From Octopus vulgaris (Eukaryota): a stretch of DNA of 64,000 bases. Positions 13,501 through 30,736 of the stretch are shown here, piece after piece. Made by a program: the position numbers and the translations under genes. The stretch is taken from contig OX597814.1 in assembly GCA_951406725.2 (NCBI GenBank), positions 91,822,001 to 91,886,000 on the forward strand, read 5' to 3'. A model generated the notes under the pieces. It did not search any database. It was not told the DNA's origin and saw nothing but the letters and a program-made list of their open reading frames with translations. The number at the start of each line of letters is the position of its first letter. Position 1 is the first letter of the stretch.

Positions 13501-15038
13501 CATATATATTATATATAAAACCAATATTATGTATGCGCTATATAAATGTGCGTGTACATATTGTCTAATTTTACCTAGATGTGGTGGTGTGAATAGTCAG
13601 CATCTCATAATATAGGCAATAATTTCGTCTGGGAATTATTTCATTCATATTCTTAAGCGTTGGATTAATGATGGTGAAATATAAGACTTTTGCATTGGAT
13701 ATTGACATTTTCTTGATAGTTGTATCCTAAGCTTTTGTGAACAAATTGGTATGCTGCGTTAGCACTATTAAGATTGTAGTTTGCTGTACGTAAATAGTTA
13801 AGTATCAGCATGTGCATTATTATACAAAGAAGAAAGAGAAGCCTAGCAAAGACTTTTATTTTGGAAATAGAGTATTTGTGACTACGTTATTTATAGAAAG
13901 GCTTCAAAACCTATTTCTTTCATAGAACGTTTTAGTGTTTCAAAGAAACTTATAAGATTGCTTCTAATTGTTAAATGATCGTAGAAATGTAAGAAAAGAT
14001 GAAAAGAAAAGACGAAAAGTACAAGGGATACAAGGAACATTGAAATGAGAGTCTTTAAAGTTATGGATTGAGTAGCGAGCTAAAACCGTTATATTCTGCT
14101 TTAGAATCTAGGTTAGTAGTAAGTAATTATTTTACCGACTGTGAGTTACGACGAACTGAACTGCACTCCGGTGAATTTTCCGAAATTCCCCTCCCAGCCC
14201 CTCTTAAAAGACTTTACCCCCAACATTTTGTATATTGGGAAACTACATGATATAACACATATTCGTATAAAAAATATCCATTGTTCTGAAAGTTATGATG
14301 ATCCACAGTCACGCATTACGAGTGTGTGATTTTCAAAAGAACTTGATAATGGTAAAAAGAAAGAAATTTTTAGAAGCAGGTTACGGCGAATTCCTTAAGG
14401 ATAATTATGGATTGTAAATCATTTAGACAATACATTTTAGTCAATGACAATTGTTAGAAAACGATATACAGTGAATAAGAAATATTGAATTTCTAAATCT
14501 CTCGTAGAGAGATTGTCTCCCCTTCGTATATGTATATAAGGACACAGGGAAAAAATGTGTCAAAGCTATCAGGAGGCGTTCGATGCTTCCTAGGGCTATA
14601 CAGCGGTGGTGTACCCCCTACTGTCACGTTCTTGTTTGATTGACAGTATACAACCATTCTATCGATACACAGTGAGCTCTTTACTATTACGCTATATTAC
14701 AACTGAATAGTAGAACAATTAAATATTACATGCGGCATAACTACAGATTTCTGCCCGCTCCACCCCGAATTTGGATGATCATAGCTTTCAGAAAAATGGA
14801 TATTTTTTGAATGAAAGTTTTCTACGAATATGTGTTATGTCATGTAGATTCAGAATATACAAAGTTTTAATAAACCTTTTTCTGGTGATATCTGAAATGA
14901 ACTTTAGCAAAGCATATTAAACAACGCTAATAAGACATTAAAAAGCATAAATATAAACAAGATTATGTCGGTTTTATAGATATTTGAAAATGATGATGCT
15001 ATGATGCTAGGTGTTTCTATTATTTTGTCCGACCCATG

Positions 15039-15117
<79 letters not shown>

Positions 15118-15134
15118 GGGAGAGGGTGTCCACC

Positions 15135-15283
15135 ACCTCTGCTTGACAGCCGATGTTGTATTGTCTAAGTCCTCGAATATTTGGAATTAGACTTAGTACC
15201 TGTCGATTCATTCGACCAAACCCTTCAAAGTGGTAACCCAGCATGGTCGCAGTTCAATGACTGAAGCAAGTAAAAAATAAAAC
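15135..15283 (+). mobile_element. SINE family A-related 3' fragment
   Basis: gcttgacagccgatg...ccagcatggtcgcagttcaatgactgaagcaagtaaaa matches the family A tail. Confidence 0.6.
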
Positions 15284-15964
15284 ATCTATATAAGAATGTA
15301 CGGATGTATATATACGTTTAAAAATAAATGCTGACATATGTAAATGATATTTATTATATTTATACATTTATATAGTATAGATATGCATAGAAATACATAT
15401 ATGTGAAAAGGAAAACAGACATACGCACGCGCTTGTATTTGTGTCTATGAATTAAACGGAATATATGTGTAAAGTATTCGCGTAGGCATGCTTATCATTG
15501 AGGAATCGTTAGACAAACTGAACCCAGTTCACTTGAACAGAAACAAAACACAAATATAAGATTATGCTTTGAGCTGACTTTTCAAAACATTTTAGTTACA
15601 GACGTATTAGATATGCAAATATCTTGCAGCAAAAACACTACGTGCAAGTAACTTATTGTTTTGGATATAAGAAAATGATGGCATATGGCCGAGTGTTTTA
15701 GGATGCTGCAAGCATGAGATCGTGATTTCATCTTCTGGACCTGGAGGTACTTCGTGCTTTTGAGCAAACACGTTTCATGTCGCTCTGCTCTACAACGACT
15801 TCGATACCTTATGCGCGGTACACTGTGTACCTGTTCAGACGATTTGACAGAGGGAACTAATGTACAGCACATATACTTCAGCTCTATAAACTAATCATTT
15901 GTGCTGCTTCTTCAGTAAGGAATTGCATAATACCTCCTATCCCGGAATACCGGAGACCACCATC

Positions 15965-16063
<99 letters not shown>

Positions 16064-16118
16064 CAGACACACACATACATATATATGTATATATATATAT
16101 ACATATATGCATATTGTT

Positions 16119-16523
16119 GCAGTTGTGGCTGTATGGTAAGCAGCTTTCTTCCCAGCCACATGGCTCCGGATTTAGTCCCAGTGCGTGCCACCTTGGGCTA
16201 GTGTCTTCTACTATAGCCATGCACCGACCAAAGCCTCCTTAGTGGATTTGGTAGACAGAAACTGAAACAAGCCTATCGTACATGTGTGTGTGTATGTGTG
16301 TGTGTTTGTACGTGTGTGTTTCTGTGTGTTTGTCCCCCCTATCCCCATCATTGCTTGACAACCGGTGTTGGTGTGTTTACGCCCCGTAAACTAATGGCTC
16401 GGCAAAAACGACCGATAGAATAAGTACTAGACTTAAGAAATAAGACTTGGAGTCGATCTCTTAGACTAAAAGAACCAGTGTTCCAGTATAGCCGCAATCA
16501 AATGACTGAAACCAGTAAAAGAA
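16119..16523 (+). mobile_element. SINE family A, diverged
   Basis: Head gtggctgtatggtaagcagc through tail aatgactgaaaccagtaaaagaat. Confidence 0.85.
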
Positions 16524-16647
16524 TATATTTATACATACAGGGGTAGGACAAAATAATGGAAACACCTAGCATCATAATTTTGAAATATCTCTAAAACCGT
16601 CAAAAGCTTGTTTATGTTTTTTTTTATTTATCGTTAGTGTTGCTTAA

Positions 16648-18990
16648 CCCTTGGGCTACCAGAGAAAATGTATGTCACTAATTACCAACTTGGTCTAAAG
16701 GGCCCAATATTTTTCTTTTAATTAAATTTTATTCACTCTACCACTATTTCTTAGCTACATTATATATGCTACCAGGTGAATGAAGAATCACTGTTTCTCA
16801 CAAATTTTCATTAGAAAAAAATACAGCTTACAGAATATTTTATGAATTAAAAAAATTACAAAAGTACAGAATCACAGCTCCTCATAGCAGTGAATGCAGA
16901 CATGGATATTACAATTCTTACATGTAGTACGAGTTAGTTTTCCTGTCTTTTTTGAGGCTACACAAAGAACATCCATATTGCTTTGGCTGAAGAATCTTGT
17001 TTGGTTGAGAAATGTTAACGGGACAAGAAGATTGTTTACTCTCTTTACTCTTTTAAATGTTGCAGTCATTTGACTGCGGCCATGCTGGAGTACCGCCTTT
17101 AGTCGAGCAAATAGACCCCAGGACTTATTCTTTGTAAGCCTAGTACTTATTTTATCGGTCTCTTTTGCCGAACCGCTAAGTTACGGGATGTAAACACACC
17201 AGCATCGGTTGTCAAGCGATGTCGAGGGGGGGTACAAACACAGACACACAAACACAGACACACAAATATTATATATACCGTCTACTAAATCCACTCACAA
17301 GCCTTTAGTCGGCCCAGGCTATAGTAGAAGACACTTGCCCAAGGTGCCACGCAGTGGGATGAACCCGGAACCATGTGGTTGGTAAGCAAGCTACGTACCA
17401 CACAGCCACTCCTGCTGTCATGTTCTTGTTTAGCATTAACTCCAGCAAGTTCCATTCCTAGCTGAACTAGGCACTGTCTTCTTGAAACTTAGCAATTGAA
17501 GCTGTTTAGCAATTATAAAAGCACTTATATCAATCATGTTGTAGAATATAACCATAGACCATAGTTGAGTCATTCTTTCGCAAGTGTATGTCCTTACCAT
17601 CTTATCTAAGGTATCTACTCCTCCTTTTGATTTGTTGTAACGTAATAACTCCAGGTTTCTTTTCAACAATTTTTGAATCAATTGAAGACTGAGAGTGCTT
17701 TGTACGCATAAATATGACTACATAATTTTCTTGGAACAACAAGACAGGATCATAAAATCCTTTTTTGAAATCCAAATATTGTGCTGTTGACAACAATTTT
17801 TCCACTTGTGAAAGCACTTGTAAGTTCAACTCTGTTCTTTCTAATTGTTCCAACTAAAGTAGTTTTCTTGCTAAGCAGCTTTCGAGCCAATCCTAGACTT
17901 GTAAATGAATTGTCATAAGTTACATTGCGACCAATATTTTCAAGTTCTTTTACTAGGTTTTCAACAACTCTTGAAACTTGATTTGTCTTTCTCCCTTTTA
18001 CTGGGTCTTTTCCAGAGTAGATTTGCATTTTCCAGGCTTAAGATGTTTCACTGTTGCATATTGCCCACATTTTAAATACTTCTCTTATGGACTCCAATTT
18101 ATGATCACTTCTCGTTTTTCGTCTTGCACTAGCATCATCAAAGCACAATACTTGTAAAATCTGTTGAAATCTTCCACGGATTATAATTTTGTTGAGTACT
18201 GGGCGGCCATCTTCTTGGCTCCCTAACTGTGTGACATTTTCATGTTTAGATTTATAAACACATATAGAAATAATCAGTCCAATAAATTTCTTTAGCTCAG
18301 AGTGATCAATCTCCTTCCATTTATCTTTGTGAACAACCTGACTTTCAACATTTGTCCATTTACGAATTACTTCAAGAAGGTTCTGGCGCATAAAGATAGT
18401 AAAACATGTTAAAATGCTACCGCTAGATCCTTTAGCAAAACGGGACGGCCTACATTTTTGGCGCATAATATTGCAAGATGAAGTTCTTACTGCTGTTTGA
18501 GTAAGAGGATTAGAATGCCAAACTTCTTGTCTGTTTCTAGAAACATATTGCTCATTCATAATTGGGTGGCTAGCAGATAATTGTTTTTGAGTATCTTCAT
18601 CATCTCATGACACAGAACTTAAACTGTCTAGCACGCAATCACTTTCACCATCATTTTCAGTGCAATAGAAAGAATCAATACAATATTCTTCCAATTCTTC
18701 ATCCAATTCCAATAGCCCTTTCGATATTTGGTCTTCATTCAAGTTTTCACGTCTATGTATATTGGAAAGTACAACTGAAATATATAAAGATATTGATACC
18801 TCACATATTTATACTCTCCTGAAAGATGATGGAAAATATTGTAAGAATTGCGTCATCACATAGAAATTTTGCATCACCCTATAACCTAGCAGAGCGAAGG
18901 TGATGCAATGCCACAGAAATTTATTGGAATATTTTCATAATTTTTTCCTATTTCATCTAAAATTCAGCAAATAAATTGCATACAATTTAA
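16648..18990 (-). mobile_element. piggyBac transposon remnant nested in the Tc1 element
   Basis: TTAA|CCCTT terminus at 16644-16652. Frameshifted ORFs 18038-18559 (ELKKFIGLII..RGRFQQILQVLCFDD), 17750-18028 (RNVTYDNSFTS..LVGTIRKNR), 17436-17681 (YNKSKGGVDTLDKM) and 16872-17000 (TCKNCNIHVCIHC cysteine-rich tail). The other terminus was not found. Confidence 0.9.
17035..17415 (-). mobile_element. SINE family A inserted within the piggyBac ORF
   Basis: Full head and tail present; separates the catalytic-domain remnant from the cysteine-rich C-terminus. Confidence 0.9.
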
Positions 18991-18999
18991 TCTACTTTC

Positions 19000-19685
19000 A
19001 AAACAACTTTCAAAAACAAACGTTGCAAAGTGTTTAGAGTGTAGTAAAAACCTACAGAATTGATCCCTAGAGCACTGGAAGAATGGTATTTTCTCGGACG
19101 AGTCATCCTTTACCTTATTTCCGACCACACGCTGGAGTATACGTGTGAAGACAGCCAAAAGAAGCATTTGACCCAGATTGCATTCTTCCAATAGGTGAAG
19201 ATGTAGGAGGATCTGTGATGATCTAGGGGGCTATATCTTGGAAGTCCGCCGGCCCAATGGTTTTCCCTCATTGCAGAATTAATGGTCAAGACTATTTAAG
19301 CATTTTATCTGATCAAATTCATCCTATTGGTTGCATAACTGGTTCTGGAGGGAAACACGATCTTTGGGGATGATAATGTACCAGTTCACACTTCACACAG
19401 CTAAAGTTGTTACTGAATGGAACGAGGAACATTCATATGAAGTTGGACATCTAATCTGGCCACTACAGTCCCCAGATCTCAATATTATTGAACATTTATG
19501 GTGCATTTTAGAAAAACAAGTAAAGAATCGATATCCTCCACCATCATCACTACAAGAACTGGAGACTGTTTTAGCTGAAGAATAGACAAAAATTCCTTTG
19601 AAAACAGCTCAAGCTCTGTGCGACACCATAACTCGTAGAATTCAAGCTGTAATTACTGCTAAAGGTTGTTCTACTCCATATTAAA
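19000..19685 (+). pseudogene. Tc1 DDE transposase, catalytic-domain remnant
   Basis: WKNGIFSDESSFTLF, GGSVMI*GAI, GDDNVP, HTAKVVTEW, WPLQSPDLNIIEHLW, RRIQAVITAKG..TPY; stops and frameshifts present. Confidence 0.9.
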
Positions 19686-19751
19686 ATAAATTTGTTTGCA
19701 ATTTTAAGGTGTTTCCATTATTTTTTCCAACCCCTGTACATGCATACATGC

Positions 19752-19849
<98 letters not shown>

Positions 19850-20045
19850 AAAGTTTGTTTGGTAAAGCACGTGGGTGAATATATAACAAAATAGTAAAGA
19901 CCGGTATTTCTTTAAAAAGTATAAAATTATGTCATTTTAAGGAAAGGAAAAAAAATTTTTCCAATATTCTCCAGACATTTTGACGCAAATATATATATTT
20001 TTTAACATTTAAGCCTTCTGTCGTTTTTTCACTCTTTACTATTTT

Positions 20046-20089
<44 letters not shown>

Positions 20090-23000
20090 TCTGACTCTCT
20101 CTCTATGTATATATTTCTGTGGGAGCGCGTATGTGTATCTATATGATGGTATGATGGGACGAAAAAGAGATACTTAAGTCTACACTTATATTTAATCTGC
20201 ATAATGAATCGAAAGCTGAAAGAAGATATGTTTAATTTCGTTAAACGATATACCATAAAATAGAAACAAAAGAAGAAGATAGGATTTTGTGTTTATTGAC
20301 TTGTTCTTGCTTGATATGCATATAGTATTTGAAAGAGTGCAATATCGTGTCTGTGTGTTTGTATGTTTCCGTTTTTCTCTGTTTGTGATATATCCATACA
20401 AGTGGGAGCCGCATGTTGTAAGGCAGGAAAAAGTTTGACGCGCATAAGGCTAGAAGCGAATGTAGATTGTAGGTGTGATAAAAACAGCGCAATTTTTGTA
20501 ACAGAGACGGGTTACAAGTTGAATTCAAGAGGACAGTTTCGAGGAGAGATGGTCAAATAGCTATTGTTTATGGATTTGCTGCGTGTTATGTACGAAGCGT
20601 GCTTTGTTGCGAAACATTGTATTTTTTCAGCAGGTACCCTTCTGTTGATTTTGAACATTCCTAAATTCCAGAATTTAGCAGGGTTCCTTTTTTTTACATA
20701 GACATATCCAAATATCTTTCATTACGGAAAGATATAAATATTTCCTGCTAAAAAACACCTAAGAAATTTTGAATTTCACTTTTTTGAAATTATATTTATG
20801 CCGAACTATATGAACCATTGATTTAGAAAACTAAATGCTTTTCTATAATTGCTTTACTAACAAAAGCACATTTAACTTTAATTGCAAGTAGTTAAAGTAA
20901 TTTAACTTTTAAGTACAAGTAATTTGAACACAATATATTCTTGAGTTTCACCTGAATTCTTATCACTAGCATTGCCTAAATTCCCAGTAAATAAAATTAA
21001 AATCTCTAGCTATAAGAATGAAAATTTAATAAAATCTGTTATCAAGTTAAAACCAAAAGGAATGCAGGTAAGTATATCAGTTAAGGAGCTCACTTCGAAA
21101 CTTCTAATTCCCGTTTTGATCTTGCTGCGCAGCATTTTGAGCCAGTATTGCATGATACCCACATATCAACCAGTCTTACAAGTGAAATTTATTACATGTA
21201 AACTGCTTCCTTTTCTTGGTAACAGACTAAACGCGTTACTTTTAAACAGCACCATCTAGGATCTTGCCTGACTTTAGTGAAGTCTCTCTTCTGAATGATC
21301 CCGACTAATCACCGGTTTGCCGAAAAGAAAAGAGACTGGAGAAAATCATAGAAAGCATCAGTGCCGCTTCTCTCTATCTAGGTCATGAAAATTATAACAA
21401 AAATAAATATTATCAAATAATTCTCTCAAGCACAAATGGTCGATCTGAAATCTAGAATATATGCGTCGTGTAAAATATTTTAGTTGATTCAGTTAAATTA
21501 GATTTGAATGTATATTAGTCTCAATACTCTTTATGACGAGAAGAGTAAAAGAAAATAGTAATATATAATGTGTACGTTACAGCATTCACTCATAATAAAC
21601 GATCATTCATAATAATAGTAGTGATAATTTTATGATAGATCAATAAGTCGGTATTAAATATGGATCGCATTTAACAATTCCATATCGACGACAGTAGTAG
21701 TTTTATTAAAAAATTGATTTTACAAAAAAATTCGAATAAATAGCATCAATAATGTTTTGTTTCCTTTTAAGAGGGAAACGAAGAAACGTATTTTCGAGAC
21801 CCTATACCACGCCATATTTACAGGATTGATTCCCCTCGAGTAAAATATTCAGGAACAGATATCGGATATTGAGTTAAACCTTGAATTTCACCTATTGCTG
21901 AGTTACCAAAGGATATTAATAGATTTTGATATCATCCTGAATACAATGGCTCAACATTTCCAACGATTTATCAAACACTAACTCATTTTAACTATATTCT
22001 TTTCTAAGTATGACTGACCCAAATATTTCTAATTTAATTTTTTTTTATTGATATTAGTAACTACACGATGAAACATATTCAAATAGTTTCACAGCAAAAG
22101 TTTAACCGATGCAAACTATCAATAATTGGATATATGCTTATTTAATTTTACTGCTGATTGAAAAGAGACGTATTTAATGAATCATAACAGGACAGGATGA
22201 TTTTCTTGCAGATCAGTTGAACTTCATGTCTTTAAATTGATTGCGGAAACAATATGTTTGCTGTCAAAAGCTTAAAAACGACAATGATTAATGAACATAA
22301 AGAAGATAATTCACATTACTTTCTATAAAATTTCTTCGAGCAAAATATAAATGATACACTATTAAGAATATTCTCAAAATTCATAAGCATTCACTGAAGC
22401 CATCGGCTGATTTTCTCGAATTTTGCAAATATATAATATATTGGATCGATTATATATGATACCAGCTTCATTAGAATCATATTTAGATTATATCTGACCG
22501 AGGGAAGAGTATTCCTTGTTCACTTTATGATTTGAACAGTCTTTTCTGGGTGAACGATCGAGTGCCAGCTCAATTTTATATCAAGAATTTCTTTTTCTTT
22601 TTTGTTTCTCTTTAGCTTGTATAGAATGGTAAAAACAGCGTATGTAGATGCAGGTGTCCATTGATTATTTCTTTCATCATTTCAGCAAATACTTGAACAA
22701 TAGACCAAATATTATTAATTGCGGTATCTACACCTGCTCATGTAGTTTTCAGATTGTAATGATTTAGAAACTTTAGTAAAAGGAAGAAGAAATGGAAGAC
22801 ACGACTGAATAAGAAGATGGTAAAGTGAAACAAAAAGACAGAAACGAAAGCATTTTGGGAAGAGGAGATTAAAAAAGTAAAGAAAACATCAAATATGAAC
22901 TGAAGAAGAGAAAATGACATATTTATAAATAATTGCAGATGAAATTTTTCAGTATATTCCTAGGACTTTATTATGCGCAACGGACGTCCCTGGAAAAAGA

Positions 23001-25599
23001 TTGAAATATGTCAGTCTCTCGTTCTTTCCAAGTCTCTTTGCGAGACATGGATGCGAAATTAAAGCGGAATCCGAAAAGCATATCTTTAGCAAATTGGATG
23101 ATCATTGATATTAATCCTAATTGATTCGCATTAGTCACGCGAGATTTCCGTTAGTTACGAAGTCTTCCCTACCACCACTTTCGTTTTTAAAATGGGGATT
23201 ATATTAAATATTATTGTCACAGTCTCATTGAGTCTAAAACAACTACTATATGATCATGGCTGCAATGCCTTTCTTCATAGGAATAGGCAACGAGAATGGC
23301 ATCGTGATAAAAGCGACATTCATATATGTTTTCCTCTACACCCTAACTACTGATATACTTATGAATATTGACTTTTCATTCTTCGGTATGGAATATCTCC
23401 AGTTATAAAAGTAAAGAATATAGCAAATTGTGAACCCCTCGTTACCTGGTAATAGAATGACTAGGTTACTCTTAGACATCACTACTCCAAAATATACTGC
23501 ATCACTTGTAGAATAGTCTTTATGTTTATGATGGAAACGTTTATTTCACATCGGCACACTCTATCTCTCTATAGATATACGATTGGCTTTATATTTGAGC
23601 AATATATCTAGCAGTCACTGGATAAAATTCACAAGTTCTTTATTAGTTTCACGGTCATTCTCAGGACAAGGAAAATTAACTGTTAATGACTCCGTGCATG
23701 AACGTGTTACAAGCTAGAATAAGTTGCCTGTGAATTAGTGTGCAGGGAGGTGTGATTTAATTTTACTTGATGTATTGCTAGAGCATTCTTACCATGTAAG
23801 AATATTTAAAGAGAGGAAATGGGTGATATACAGAGAAAGATGCAGACATGAAAACAATTATAAGTGAAAAACAAGCCATCGGAGTGCGATGCATACCCTG
23901 CGCTCAGATAATTATTTTCGTAAATTATAGTGTGGCTTACAACGCGTTGCTTACCCAAGCTTTTTAATTGAGTTACTTTTTTATTCTTTTTTAAGTATCA
24001 CCATTATAGGCATGTATACTCCGGTGAAATTAAGAAATCAACTCGTAAATAAGCGAAACCTTCGAATCAATCACTGTACACACACGCACACGCACACACA
24101 CACACACAGAGGCACACACAGACACAGGCACACACACACACACTCACACATACACAAACACAGCCGCGTATCTAAGTATGTATTTCTGCGTGAATGCATA
24201 TATGTGCCCACACGTGTCCACCCGCATAGGTACACCATGATCTATACACACGAAGACAATGGTCGATTCATATGAAAAAGAAAGTAACCAAAAGAACACT
24301 TGCGTATCTGGAAATTCTTAAGTTGGATCTTTGAATTTATTTTATTTTATTTTTAAAGATAATCAAACCAAATGCTGGTCATTTTCAATCACTCAACTAA
24401 TGAGTATTTCTGTCAAATGTAGTGAAAATCCGTTCAGCCGTTTTCCAGTAACTTGTGAATATAATAACAAAGACGAGTGATTACAAATCTCTGCTTTCGC
24501 TTACTCACGAAGGGTAGTATATCTTTATAACAATTCAAGACAGAAACTAATTGTCATAGAATGGAAAATTCGTCATTTTCTCTTTTTTTGTTTTTGTTGC
24601 AGCAAGTAAATCTAACGGGGTTACCCCTTGTCTAGTTCTGTACACTGCAGAGAAAACTCTGAAACCAGCATAGTTGCTCATATTAAGGTTACTATTTCTA
24701 CAGCATTATCACCCATAATATATCAGTATCTCTTATGATAGCTTGATACAGATGAGTAATTTTCTTTATCGTAGAAATGGCAATGAAAACTCACGAAGGA
24801 CCCGTCACTTTTTCGCCTGCTAGTACTCGTATATTTAGTTTACTATAAAATATATTGTATATTTATATTGAAATGAAGTGTGTCTACTGCCACTGCACAG
24901 TAATCTCGTAGATGTTTTTATTATTATATATCTTTCGAATTTCATTTTATTTGCGTAGGAACAAAAATTGTTGTTATATCATGTAACCTTAGAGGTTACA
25001 AATAGTACTAAGATTTTATGATGTTTATATTTTTAACCTTAGCTTTCGGAATAATAAACCAGGAAACTCTAGTCAGATTCAAAATGCATGCAAGATGTCA
25101 GTTTGTAAATGGTTTACCCTGCCAACCTGAACTTAATCTATTATTATTACCATTGTATTTTTTACTTTGTTTACTGATCCTAGAGAAAGAGACAGAAGTC
25201 ATAAGTTATGCATAGGTCGGTGTGCTTTCACTGAAATTGTTGCATGATACCACATTGAGGAATGACATGAGTAGGGTGTAAATTTCAGAAGACCGATGTT
25301 CTGGAGAGGAGGAGTTGAGTGTAGTATTTAGTGCAGAGCTTGGAGGACGACACAACAAAGATGACAAAAGTGAGGAGAGCAGAGGGATAGGACTAAGTAA
25401 GTGGAAGAAGTTCAAGGCAAACAGACTACGAGGAAGAGAATGCATGGAAGTGGTGATAAACACGCCAGAGACAAGAAATAGCAGGCCTTGAAGCCAGAGT
25501 CTGGAGTATATTTGTGAGTAATCTGATACCAGTTAGTCGTTTATTTTTTGTTTAAATGCAGCACAATCCAAGATTTGGGAGCAATATTCCATTGTGGAC

Positions 25600-26800
25600 C
25601 ACACTTAAACTTTGTAGAATATCAGTAACTGTTGGAGTTGAAATATTGTTTGGACCTGAAGTAAAGTAACAGCCCTTTGTGAAGTAGTTTGTGCTAAATA
25701 TAGGATGTGCATTCGCCAAAAGGGTTCTTCAGCAATAACACGATACATCATTTCGCAAGAGCTTTACAACTGTAGGTCAATACGTTTATAGTGTAGTGGA
25801 ATTATAGTGTTTTATATGACGTAGTTTACATTGCCCCGTAGATATGGTGAAATGTGTCAATAATGCTTGGTCGTGAAAATAAAAGAAAGTATCCTTTGCA
25901 TAAATAAAATAATTGTTGGGCGTGGTAGATATGTAGAAAATGTCTGTAGGGGACAAAACCCGATGCTGGGGTACATCAGACTTGTTGACAGTAGGACAGG
26001 GGGAATACGATCAATGCATGCATTGACGATGAGATGTATTTGGAAGCAAGCGTTTCAAGTGATGGGAAATGAGAGGAATCCGTAGCCCTGAACTCGTGAT
26101 ATAAGTTATGCATACCAAATGCCGTCGAGCGATGTGCAAATGTCGAGAACAACAGCATTGCTTTTAGTAAACCTCTCTATTGTAAGAGCCGACAGGCGAA
26201 TTACATAAGAGAACAAGTTTCAGATATAGCTGGGTAAACGGAAGCCGTTCTCCCGATCACTGAGGAGAAGGAAAGTTTCAAGAAGTTGGAGGACGTCATT
26301 TTTAATCACTAATTCCCTTGCGTTCGAGATACTGGGGACTACGAGAGTGAGATATTTGGCTGTATCAGAGAGATTACATGTCTCAAAAATTGGACACTGA
26401 GGCGTTATTCTAACCGTCAGAATGCATACCCGTAGAAAGTCAGATTTGTGTTTGGTGAGTCTTGCTGCACAATATTTAAGTGTTATAGAAGGTACACGGT
26501 CAGTGCCAACGGTTGTATTGCTCTGAAGTTGTTGTAGACCTCGTTTCTTTCCCCAGCTGGAACATCGCAGCAATTTATTACTCGCTTGTAGGACTGGAGA
26601 CATTGAGTTTTTCATGTGCGTAAGGATGTGGAGAGTCATTTGTAAAAGAATAGTCTCAGACACCTGCATGACTATTTCTGATGGAATTTTAGTGGAGCAT
26701 GTGTGCTGCAGAGGGATAATTAGCCATAGATTTTATTTGCTTCTCGTCCTTCTGAAACCAATAAAATATAATAACATGAAGTGCAAAGGTTAAGCAATTG
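25600..26800 (-). pseudogene. Highly degenerate LINE reverse transcriptase (Jockey/CR1-like)
   Basis: ORF 26220-26669 has GTDRVPSITLKYCA and LLETFLLLSDRENGFR; VPQHRVLSPT at ~25945-25974 resembles VPQGSVLSP. Boundaries approximate. Confidence 0.6.
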
Positions 26801-27357
26801 GGAAAAACCTCCCATGTCAAGGAAAATGTTGGTATCGCATTTATTTTTGGACTTACTCTAGGCGTCATCATGAAAACATAATGATAGTGTAACTTGAATT
26901 TCGACATGATTGTTAAAAACGTTTTACTTGCCTGCAATGAAAGAAGGTGAGATATTAATAGACATCTCTTAACTACCAGAATAGGAAGAAAACATTAAAA
27001 TGAGTTGTTAGCTTACAGAGTCGGTATGTGGCCCAATGTAGATAGTTATTAATGATAATGGTAAATATTTGTCTAAAACGCTTGTATACATGATTTCTTT
27101 ATATCAGTGCAGGATTTTAGATGTAAAATTATTTACTATACCGTAATTTATTTGGAATCTATGGTGTTATTGCATCAATTTCATCTACATGTATATAAAT
27201 GTTACCTCAAAAATCCCGCTGTGTTATTATGAATGATATCTCACCATATATTTTAGAATGTTTTTCGAGTATGCCAACGTAAATGTGATAATCTTCCACC
27301 TCTCTTTCTCTCTTCTTTCATCATTCATACACTCTCTTTCTATCTCCTACTCTCCCT

Positions 27358-30588
<3,231 letters not shown>

Positions 30589-30610
30589 ATATATACATAT
30601 ATACATATAT

Positions 30611-30736
<126 letters not shown>

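Larger units (their letters stand above)
16538..19736 (+). mobile_element. Tc1-family DNA transposon, interrupted by a piggyBac
   Basis: 30-bp TIRs: caggggtaggacaaaataatggaaacacct versus the reverse complement of 19707-19736 (2 mismatches); TA on both flanks. Confidence 0.9.

Noticed and set aside
18869-18908. Hairpin ttgcatcacc..ggtgatgcaa near the missing piggyBac end
   Set aside because: Does not match the TTAA-CCCTT terminus, so not accepted as the second TIR; may be a subterminal repeat.
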